The notes below the pieces were generated by a model. That model was not told the DNA's origin, ran no database searches, and was given only the letters and a program-made list of their open reading frames with translations. Shown here piece after piece: positions 24,538 through 31,308 of a stretch of DNA of 35,454 nucleotides. The position numbers and the translations under genes are program-made. Source of the stretch: Candidatus Woesearchaeota archaeon (GTDB lineage: Archaea > Nanobdellota > Nanobdellia > Pacearchaeales > GW2011-AR1). Where the stretch lies: contig CAYLGX010000003.1 of assembly GCA_964383425.1 (NCBI GenBank), positions 1-35,454 on the forward strand, read 5' to 3'. The first letter of the stretch is position 1. Each line of letters begins with the position of its first letter.

Positions 24538-24676
24538 TTCGATGTAATTTAGTAATGCTTGCATATTTTAATCAAAAGTTTAATATTTTAAAAAATTAAA
24601 GTTAAATAAAATTATTACGATTAATAAAATAGATAACCTAGTTCTTGTAAATTACTAAATATCTAAAAAAATCTAA

Positions 24677-26491
24677 CTACATTCCTTTAAGTTTCTTTAA
24701 AGTAGCATCTAGCTCATTGTCTTTTGGAAAAGGTCTAGGTGAAACCGGAACTTGTCTTTGTCCCATTCCCTGCATAGGCGGTCTTTGTTGTGCCGCAACT
24801 GGTTGCTTATTGAACTTATTTTGCATCGTAAACCACCACATCTTTATTTTATCTTTGAAAACAATTGCTAAAATTATGATTATAATTAATATCAATAACA
24901 ACCATACCCACCAGTAACTTGGAGAGGTTTTAGTTTGACAACAAACTTCGCCAACAGCGCCACAGTCTACATTAACTGATTGTTCACTTGAAGAACAACT
25001 TAGTTTACAGCTATTTCCCAAGCTTACACAAGGAATCACATCTGGCTCAACTACTGGCGATTCAATACAATCGCCTACGCAACATTGACTAGTATCTGAA
25101 GCAAGAACTTCACTGCCACTACATTCTTCATTTGACAAACATTTTTTTCCTAACTTTTCTGAACAAGTAGTTTCTACTACTTTTTTATCACAGCAAATTC
25201 CGCTACCTAAACAATCGAAATTTTTACTAATATCAGTTCCGCCTAACTGATCACATTGTGTAAAAGAAGTACAAGAGTAACCCGGAAATTCCTCGCATTT
25301 ACTTCTAGGAGTTAAAGTTCCAGTTGAAGAAGCAGGTTTTGGATTTGTAGAATATAGTATGAATGCAGTATCTCTTATTGAATTTTGCCAACATCCTTCG
25401 CCCTGAACCTTTGGATCAAGTAAATAGGAATTTGCTTTTTCTGCTTGCGATGTGGATTTTCCGTATAATGAAAGTAATGCTAGGGCAGTATCATAATATC
25501 TTTTAGCAGTATCGGTTATTTGCCAAAAACCAAGTGTATTTTGAGCATTTGAAATTTCTGAGAAATATTCATCATATCCAGTAATGGAATATAAAAATGT
25601 ACTTGGAGAAAATCTTTTACTATTAGTATCTTCGTAAAGAGTAATTAAATAAGGGAGAAACTTTTTAAGAGAATCTTTATTTGTAGAAGCTTTTTGAAGT
25701 GCTAGTGTTGCCCATAAATTTCCCTCATAGTTGCATGCAGTACCTTGTTTAAAACAAAGTGATTCTATTTTTTCAGTAGTTTTTCCATTTGCGGGAGCAG
25801 TATTTGTTAAATCAGAAACATAATAGGTTGAGCCTGAAGATCTTCGATAAAATGTGGAAGTTAAGAAATCTTGATCGCAAGTAATTTCGAATTGTTTACC
25901 TATACAAGAATTAGAAACTTCAAGCCAGTATCCGCCATAAGCTGAAACAAAACATCCCCCAAAATTTCCAGTAACTTTTTTATCTTGTTCAACAGTCATA
26001 GTTTTTGTTAGATTGTCATAATTGATTTTACATTGAGATTTATTAGTAGTGTCAATTTGAAGATACCAAACTAAATCAGTAGAATAAGAAGTCTGATTAA
26101 GAAGCCAGTTCTCAATATCCTTGGTATCTTTTCTGATGTAATTATATGCTAGCAATACTTGTGAAGTCTCTTTAATAGTACAGGCTGATTTTGGCCAACA
26201 GTTATTAGTATCTTTTCGAGATTCAATTTCATCTTTAATATCTGCTTGTCTTGTAGCATCATAACCTAGCGCCATTAAAGAAAAAGTTAATTCTTCTAAA
26301 GTTAGATCCTTATATTTGTTAGTTTTTGCGTCGATAGAATTTTGTAAACATTTATATGATTTTTCAAAACCAGTAAGATTAGCAGTAGAAGTTGACTCAT
26401 TTGCAGCTGTTGTAAATGAAATAGAAAGTATTGCAAAAGCTAAAATCAAAGATAATAACACCACTCCCCTTTTTTTATTCATAGACAACAT
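24677..26491 (-). CDS. Secreted surface protein with alpha/alpha-toroid (prenyltransferase/squalene-cyclase-like) repeats, three Cys modules, a TM anchor and a Pro/Gln-rich cytoplasmic tail
   Basis: The track start at 26566 is a TTG that overlaps the Cas4-like gene. In-frame ATGs at 26491 (MLSMNKKRGVVLLSLILAFAILS) and 26482 give a normal signal peptide. Repeat-like motifs are NCWPKSACTIKETSQVLLAY, GFWQITDTAKRYYDTALALLSL and GCWQNSIRDTAFILYS. The Cys modules map to about 24917-25300, followed by TM YWWVWLLLILIIIIILAIVF. Confidence 0.7.
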   Translation of the reverse strand: MLSMNKKRGVVLLSLILAFAILSISFTTAANESTSTANLTGFEKSYKCLQNSIDAKTNKYKDLTLEELTFSLMALGYDATRQADIKDEIESRKDTNNCWPKSACTIKETSQVLLAYNYIRKDTKDIENWLLNQTSYSTDLVWYLQIDTTNKSQCKINYDNLTKTMTVEQDKKVTGNFGGCFVSAYGGYWLEVSNSCIGKQFEITCDQDFLTSTFYRRSSGSTYYVSDLTNTAPANGKTTEKIESLCFKQGTACNYEGNLWATLALQKASTNKDSLKKFLPYLITLYEDTNSKRFSPSTFLYSITGYDEYFSEISNAQNTLGFWQITDTAKRYYDTALALLSLYGKSTSQAEKANSYLLDPKVQGEGCWQNSIRDTAFILYSTNPKPASSTGTLTPRSKCEEFPGYSCTSFTQCDQLGGTDISKNFDCLGSGICCDKKVVETTCSEKLGKKCLSNEECSGSEVLASDTSQCCVGDCIESPVVEPDVIPCVSLGNSCKLSCSSSEQSVNVDCGAVGEVCCQTKTSPSYWWVWLLLILIIIIILAIVFKDKIKMWWFTMQNKFNKQPVAAQQRPPMQGMGQRQVPVSPRPFPKDNELDATLKKLKGM

Positions 26492-26550
26492 AGTGCGGTT
26501 GTATTTAAAAGACTTTCGATTAATTATGAGGAGAGTACGAATTTGCCAGA

Positions 26551-27363
26551 TTAGATCTTCATGCAATCTTCTTGCAAGTCACATTTGGCACATTTACTAA
26601 AATTAGATAGTATTGGCGGCGGGGGACTTTTTCCTAAATTTCTTACTTCTTCTGCAAGTTTTAGAACATTATCCTTATGATCCTGAGTAATATCTATTTC
26701 TTGCTTATTAGCACCAGATTCAATAAATCCCCTACATATTTTTTGTTTGTACATGTCTTCAAGAAGCATAGCATACGCAGTTAATTGTAATTCATCAGAA
26801 TAAAACACTTTTTCGCCTATTCTAGTTTTAAGCTCACATGGAATAACTTGGCCTGTTTTCTTAGATACTTCAATACGATCTACTCTGCCGCGAAGACCAT
26901 AAGCTAAAGATTCTACCCTCAGCTCCGAAATATAAAGAGTATCTAGGTTCGCCCATAATTCTTCTTTAATAAATCCCCGATCTAAAGATTTTTTTATAGA
27001 CTCTATTCTTATTTTTAAATCGCTCGAAAAATCATGCAAGGTAGTTTTAAGAATTTCCGCGGGGTCGAGCCGCATAGATTCTAGAAGAGCGAGATGTTGA
27101 ATAAATACATTTTTAGCTAACGCGGTTAAATAATCTTCATAAATTAAAACTAAATCTAATTTATCATAATTTTTTTCTAGCGTACAGACAAGTTTTTCCT
27201 CATTCTTAGAAAATAATTCTAAAATTTCGTGCTTAATTTTTCCAATAATCATCTTTGAATTTGGAGGAGCAGATAATTTTAAAATTTTAGTAAGAAATAA
27301 CTTCCTAGGGCAATAAAGATAAGAAGTAATATCAGTTATACTAATTAAATTATTTTTTTGCAT
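26551..27363 (-). CDS. Cas4-family PD-(D/E)XK exonuclease with a 4-Cys Fe-S cluster signature (no CRISPR context)
   Basis: ATG at 27363. N-terminal Cys in YLYCPRK. Nuclease motifs are RGRVDRIE ... CELK and QLTAYAMLL. The C-terminal CAKCDLQEDC is a C-x2-C-x5-C motif. Confidence 0.8.
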   Translation of the reverse strand: MQKNNLISITDITSYLYCPRKLFLTKILKLSAPPNSKMIIGKIKHEILELFSKNEEKLVCTLEKNYDKLDLVLIYEDYLTALAKNVFIQHLALLESMRLDPAEILKTTLHDFSSDLKIRIESIKKSLDRGFIKEELWANLDTLYISELRVESLAYGLRGRVDRIEVSKKTGQVIPCELKTRIGEKVFYSDELQLTAYAMLLEDMYKQKICRGFIESGANKQEIDITQDHKDNVLKLAEEVRNLGKSPPPPILSNFSKCAKCDLQEDCMKI

Positions 27364-28891
27364 TGCTTGTTGCCTGTCCCCTTGAAAACGCTTTTTTTAT
27401 TGTATAACTTACAGGATTCTTTGTTTTAATCTCTTCTGCAGTAGGCGTAATTCCAATTTCCTTGTAAAAGGGTTTATCAAAATTGGGAGGCATTTTTGGT
27501 TTGGTTTTAGAATACCAACTTAGTTGTGCCTTGATATAACCGGATTTAAGAGGTTCGTAATTCTTTTTATTCCACTCTTCTACTGCTGCGCTAATTTGTT
27601 CTAAAGAAAGTTTAAGGGAAGTAAAAAAGTTGAGCAAGATAAATAATCCTCTTTTTCTACCATCAGTCGGCATTCCAGCTAAAATCTTTTGAATAGTGGG
27701 CGGATACATATCCGGAGTAAGATTTGTAATTGTAACATCATTGAACTTTTTTTCTCCGAAATTATCTGTTGGAACTCTTTTTTGCTCTTCTTCTGGAAGG
27801 ACCATCTCTAAAGATTCCCTAAGCAAATTAAATGCTTCGTTAGGTTGTGAATCTGGCATAAATGGCAGAGGTGTTATTCTTAATGGATCTGCATCTTTAA
27901 CTTCAAAATCAAGGATTTTATCCTGATCGATTACTACGCTAGCTAAAGCAGTTTTTTCATGAAGAGAATAAGGCATTCTAAATAAATGTCTTGAAGAAAC
28001 TAAAACTAAATCAAGACCTAGTATCGCGAATATGTCTCCAAATTGTTTCATAGTTTTAAAATTGTCAGGGGACCGTTTAGAATTAATATTACAAGTGTTA
28101 CACTGATAAAAACTTTCTCGAAATTCTTCTTTCATCTGTTTTCCACATTTTACATCAGGACAGCGAATAATTCTTTTTTTTGCAATAGTTTCTGGATGAG
28201 CTTCAAGTTTATTTTTACATAAAGGACAAACAAAAATTAGTTTTTCTTTTGTTTCAGCTATATTTTTACATTTCTCGCACCTAACTCCTACTTTAAAATT
28301 TGATTCGCTTAAATCTTCATTAGCCATTTGTGCCTCTAAAAATGGTCTTGACTGCTCCTTTAGATAATAACATATTTGCCTGGGCCACTCTGGAAACATA
28401 TCACAAGTTTTCTTTCCAGACATGTCTACTGGAAAAGCTTTACTTGGCACAATTATATGAAAACCTTTTCCCCCAGAATATTTAACTCCGATATTTTTAA
28501 CTCCGGCTTTCTTAAGAGCTTCAACTATAGCATAAGCTGCTTTTTTACTATATTCCAGATATTTACAGTCTATATCTATAAGCAAATCCCAGCCAATTCG
28601 GTTTTCTTTAGTCTCTTTATCAGTCATAGAAGTATGAATTAACAATGGGTCGCTCCAAATTTCCTCTGAGCCATGAAAACTAGTAGCTCCTTTTTTGGCA
28701 TGTTCTAAAATGTCTGAATCAAAACTAAAGGTATCTGGTCTTTTTCCAAAACCTTCAAAATACCTGGGCACACACTCCCTATTTTTAGAAAACTCAAACA
28801 TAGCCTTTCTGATATCTTGCCTAGAATAATAGGATAACGCCATCTTTCTAATCCTTTCTTCTTTTACCGAAATAGTATTTTCATCTCCCAT
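27350..28891 (-). CDS. Archaeo-eukaryotic DNA primase: PriS catalytic domain with a Zn-ribbon insertion, fused to a cysteine-less PriL-CTD-like helical domain
   Basis: PriS motifs are LLIDIDC, SGGKGFHI and LFRMPYSLHEKT. A Cys-pair insertion CEKCKN..CPLCKN..CPDVKCG..CNTCN maps to about 28094-28279. The C-terminal YPPTIQKILAGMPTDGRKRGLFILLNFF... (27353-27709) resembles the PriL C-terminal domain but contains no Cys at all. The track start at 28912 is a TTG. The ATG at 28891 lies 21-29 nt downstream of a TATA-like box. Confidence 0.8.
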   Translation of the reverse strand: MGDENTISVKEERIRKMALSYYSRQDIRKAMFEFSKNRECVPRYFEGFGKRPDTFSFDSDILEHAKKGATSFHGSEEIWSDPLLIHTSMTDKETKENRIGWDLLIDIDCKYLEYSKKAAYAIVEALKKAGVKNIGVKYSGGKGFHIIVPSKAFPVDMSGKKTCDMFPEWPRQICYYLKEQSRPFLEAQMANEDLSESNFKVGVRCEKCKNIAETKEKLIFVCPLCKNKLEAHPETIAKKRIIRCPDVKCGKQMKEEFRESFYQCNTCNINSKRSPDNFKTMKQFGDIFAILGLDLVLVSSRHLFRMPYSLHEKTALASVVIDQDKILDFEVKDADPLRITPLPFMPDSQPNEAFNLLRESLEMVLPEEEQKRVPTDNFGEKKFNDVTITNLTPDMYPPTIQKILAGMPTDGRKRGLFILLNFFTSLKLSLEQISAAVEEWNKKNYEPLKSGYIKAQLSWYSKTKPKMPPNFDKPFYKEIGITPTAEEIKTKNPVSYTIKKAFSRGQATSNAKK

Positions 28892-28911
28892 GTATAATAT
28901 AGCTGATTTCA

Positions 28912-28920
28912 ATTTAAATA
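28912..28920 (-). promoter_or_regulatory. TATA-like box for the primase operon
   Basis: The minus strand reads TATTTAAAT, 21-29 nt upstream of the ATG at 28891. Confidence 0.35.
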
Positions 28921-29000
28921 GTCAGTTATGCTAGATTATACAGTTAACTTTAATAAATTTTCTAAATCAAAAAACCTAACTAAGCCGCAAGCGAAGAAAC

Positions 29001-29026
29001 ACCCCTATAATATACCCCTAAGTATA
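29001..29026 (+). repeat. Tandem ACCCCTA-core direct repeat in the primase/PCNA divergent intergenic region
   Basis: acccctataatat and acccctaagtata abut each other, with the ACCCCT cores at 29001 and 29014 (13-nt period). They lie immediately upstream of the PCNA TATA-like box. Confidence 0.4.
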
Positions 29027-29030
29027 ACAA

Positions 29031-29040
29031 TATTTAAAAG
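29031..29040 (+). promoter_or_regulatory. TATA-like box for PCNA
   Basis: tatttaaaag lies 22-31 nt upstream of the ATG at 29062. Confidence 0.35.
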
Positions 29041-29061
29041 CGGTTAATGTTATAGAGTAAT

Positions 29062-29793
29062 ATGCTATTAAAACTAGAAAATCCAAAAGTATTTTCAGAT
29101 ATTATTGGTATAATTTCAGAACTCGTTACTGAAGTAAAGATAAGGGTGACTAAAGACGGAATGTCTATTGTAGCTATTGATCCTGCTAATGTAGCTATGG
29201 TATTACTTAATGTTCCAGCTAAAACTTTTGCACAAATTGAAGTTGAAGATGAATCTATTGGAGTTAGTTTAGATAGTTTTAAGGCAGTTTTAAGAAGATG
29301 TTCTTTTGGAAGTTCGCTTATAATGAAAACCGAAGAAAATACATTGAAACTTGAAATTTCAGATAAGGTAAAAAGAGAATTCACACTTACATTACTTGAC
29401 TTAGATCGAAAAGACAAACCAATTCCGAGTTTAGAATTTGCTTCTAAAGTTGAAATAAACTCTGTTGATTTTGCAGAAGCAGTTGAAGATTGCGCTATTG
29501 TTGCAGATTCTTGTGCTTTTGAAGCAGAAGCCAATAGATTTGAAATTTCTGCTAAGGGTTCATTAAATGCAGCTAAACTAACATATAGTTCTGATGAAGT
29601 CTATATTGAATCTCCTGGAAAATCAAGAGGTAAATACTCACTTGAATACTTACAAAAAATGATTAGAGGAACAAAGATAACTGAAAAAACAATAATTAGC
29701 TTCTCAAATGACTATCCACTTAGAGTTGATTTTGTAACTCCAACCCTTAGTTTGGGATTTATTCTGGCCCCAAGAGTTGAATCGGAAGAATAA
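29062..29793 (+). CDS. pcn: DNA polymerase sliding clamp PCNA
   Basis: The 243-aa protein follows the PCNA pattern throughout: ..VKIRVTKDGMSIVAIDPANVAMV.., and the C-terminal FILAPRVESEE matches the archaeal PCNA LAPRVE end. Confidence 0.9.
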   Translation: MLLKLENPKVFSDIIGIISELVTEVKIRVTKDGMSIVAIDPANVAMVLLNVPAKTFAQIEVEDESIGVSLDSFKAVLRRCSFGSSLIMKTEENTLKLEISDKVKREFTLTLLDLDRKDKPIPSLEFASKVEINSVDFAEAVEDCAIVADSCAFEAEANRFEISAKGSLNAAKLTYSSDEVYIESPGKSRGKYSLEYLQKMIRGTKITEKTIISFSNDYPLRVDFVTPTLSLGFILAPRVESEE

Positions 29794-29835
29794 TTCTGTT
29801 ATCATTAGATAATTAATCAGTTACCATACAATTAA

Positions 29836-29847
29836 TTTTTAATTTTT
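29836..29847 (+). terminator. Two T5 runs downstream of PCNA (archaeal oligo-T terminator candidate)
   Basis: ttttt at 29836-29840 and 29843-29847, 43-54 nt after the PCNA stop. Confidence 0.3.
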
Positions 29848-29901
29848 GAAAACGTTTATAAAGAGTAAATAATATTATATAATACTAGATAATATTAAGT
29901 A

Positions 29902-29925
29902 TTATTTAGTAATACGGAGTAATAC
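29902..29925 (+). promoter_or_regulatory. TATA-like box overlapped by a direct repeat AGTAATAC-GG-AGTAATAC (candidate RHH operator)
   Basis: ttatttag lies at 29902-29909. agtaatac occurs at 29908-29915 and again at 29918-29925, ending 2 nt before the RHH ATG. Confidence 0.35.
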
Positions 29926-29927
29926 TT

Positions 29928-30065
29928 ATGAAAGAGAGGATATCTGCAACTATCGAACCTGAGACTAGAAAGAGAATTGAGAAACTACTAGAAGTAGGAG
30001 ATTATAGGAATATTTCACATATCATCGAAAAAGCAATACAACTTCTGGAGGAAAAACATAAATGA
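29928..30065 (+). CDS. Ribbon-helix-helix (CopG-like) DNA-binding protein, 45 aa (below the ORF-track length cutoff)
   Basis: Hand translation gives MKERISATIEPETRKRIEKLLEVGDYRNISHIIEKAIQLLEEKHK, a beta-strand followed by two helices typical of RHH. The stop TGA at 30063-30065 overlaps the next ATG (ATGA). GGAGG at 30047-30051 could serve the downstream gene. Confidence 0.65.
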   Translation: MKERISATIEPETRKRIEKLLEVGDYRNISHIIEKAIQLLEEKHK

Positions 30066-30550
30066 TCTGTGTAAATAATGAATTGGAATTTCAGAATTGG
30101 TTTAAAGAGAATTATAAACAGTTTGGCTTCGATAGTATCTCAATATGTAACAATACTTTTCCGGATTTTATAATGATTCAAGAAGGTAAAAAAATTTCAT
30201 TAGAACTTGAAACTTATTCTTCTAATTTTTTACTCCATAAACATGATTCTAAAAAAGTGAATAAAGTACTTTGCATTATTGAAGATATTAAACTAGGTAT
30301 CCCTACATTAATTGCAGAAAATGTTAAATTAACTGAAGATAAAAATAATACGGCTTATTCAATGCTTAGCTTAATAAGGAGATTACTTCAGAAAAGCCCA
30401 GAAGGACTTACTGCTGCAGATATATCCAAAAAATTAGATATCACTAGGCATACTGCATCAGTCGCACTAGCTGAGTTAAAGGGAGCTCAACTGATACGAA
30501 TTAGAGAAGTAGGAAAAGCTAAACTAAATTATTGGGGCGGCAGCAAATGA
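30062..30550 (+). CDS. PD-(D/E)XK-nuclease-like N-terminal domain fused to a winged-helix DNA-binding domain
   Basis: The N-terminal FPDFIMIQEGKKISLELE...HKHD...VLCIIED has restriction-endonuclease-like D/E-x-E spacing. The C-terminal LIRRLLQKSPEGLTAADISKKLDITRHTASVALAELKGAQLIRIREVGKAKLNYW is a MarR/ArsR-type wHTH. ATGA overlaps occur at both ends. Confidence 0.5.
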   Translation: MICVNNELEFQNWFKENYKQFGFDSISICNNTFPDFIMIQEGKKISLELETYSSNFLLHKHDSKKVNKVLCIIEDIKLGIPTLIAENVKLTEDKNNTAYSMLSLIRRLLQKSPEGLTAADISKKLDITRHTASVALAELKGAQLIRIREVGKAKLNYWGGSK

Positions 30551-31308
30551 AACGTTCTAATAAAAAAGCACAGTTAACCCTCTTTGTCATAGTCGCAATA
30601 ATAATTATTTCTGCGCTTACTATCGGACTTGTATATTTTAAACAAACTCAGCAAATTCCAGTAGAAGAAGATTTGCAAGGCTACGTTGAAAAATGTATTA
30701 ATGATCAAGTTAAAATAAGTGAGGCTAAACTTCGTGATAGTAATGGTTATCTTAATTTATCAGATAATTATTTAGTATATTACGGCAAAAAAGTTCCATA
30801 TTTATGTAAGGCTACTGAATTTTATGTTCCTTGTATTAATCAAGAACCAATGTATATTGGACATTTGAAAAAAGAACTTGAAATGGATATTACTCCGAAA
30901 GCAGTAGTTTGTTTTTCTGATTTGAAATACTTACTTGAAAAGAAAGGATACAGTGTAGATGAAGGAACAATGAGTTTAAATCTAGATATTTCACAAAAAG
31001 CAGTTGTAGTAAATATTGATAAAAAATTTAATATTAAAAAAGAAACTATAAGTAAAAGTTATAATAATTTTAAATCAACTCAGCTATCTCCACTTTATGA
31101 TTTAGCTATTACAACTGAGCGAATTGTTAATTATGAATCTACATTTTGTGAATTTGATAATGTGGGCTGGATGCTTACTAATCCAGATTCTAAAGTTTAT
31201 AGATTTGTAACTAGCGACGGAAGTAAAGTTTATACTTTAACAGATAGAATTTCTAATTCTTCAATTAAATTTGCAGTTAAAACCTGCGTAATGCCGGCTG
31301 GAATATGA
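30547..31308 (+). CDS. Secreted protein with a prepilin-like (class III-type) N-terminus, 253 aa from the ATG
   Basis: The track start at 30532 is a TTG. The ATG at 30547 overlaps the upstream stop (ATGA). The N-terminus MKRSNKKA-QLTLFVIVAIIIISALTIGLVYF has a basic stretch, a small residue, Gln and then a long hydrophobic helix. The mature part has paired Cys residues. Confidence 0.65.
   Translation: MKRSNKKAQLTLFVIVAIIIISALTIGLVYFKQTQQIPVEEDLQGYVEKCINDQVKISEAKLRDSNGYLNLSDNYLVYYGKKVPYLCKATEFYVPCINQEPMYIGHLKKELEMDITPKAVVCFSDLKYLLEKKGYSVDEGTMSLNLDISQKAVVVNIDKKFNIKKETISKSYNNFKSTQLSPLYDLAITTERIVNYESTFCEFDNVGWMLTNPDSKVYRFVTSDGSKVYTLTDRISNSSIKFAVKTCVMPAGI
30571..30649 (+). repeat. Copy 1 of the 79-nt leader-coding repeat (partner at 35376-35454)
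   Basis: 75 of 79 nt are identical to 35376-35454, and the last 55 nt are identical without interruption. Identity begins at the CAG (Gln) codon of the putative processing site. Confidence 0.9.

Noticed and set aside
24444-24676. The longest intergenic spacers (24444-24676, and also 13598-13743, 18527-18646, 20713-20849 and 29794-29927) as possible tRNA or small RNA genes.
   Set aside because: None contains the G/C-rich paired stems expected for archaeal tRNAs or other structured RNAs. Only the single short hairpins already listed were found.
26551-27363. The Cas4-family gene as an indicator of a CRISPR-Cas locus.
   Set aside because: No direct-repeat/spacer array and no cas1 or cas2 are present anywhere in the window. 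The gene is embedded in a replication-gene operon.
28981-29040. The ACCCCTA repeats as origin recognition boxes of a replication origin.
   Set aside because: There are only two short direct repeats, no inverted ORB pair, no adjacent orc1/cdc6 gene and no extended unwinding element that I can distinguish from the general AT-richness. I kept it only as a low-interest regulatory repeat.
26551-31308. Possibility that the primase, Cas4-like nuclease, PCNA, RHH and wHTH genes mark an integrated plasmid or provirus.
   Set aside because: No integrase, capsid or packaging genes, att-like flanking repeats or tRNA target are visible. Composition looks like the rest of the window. It cannot be excluded without the full genome.
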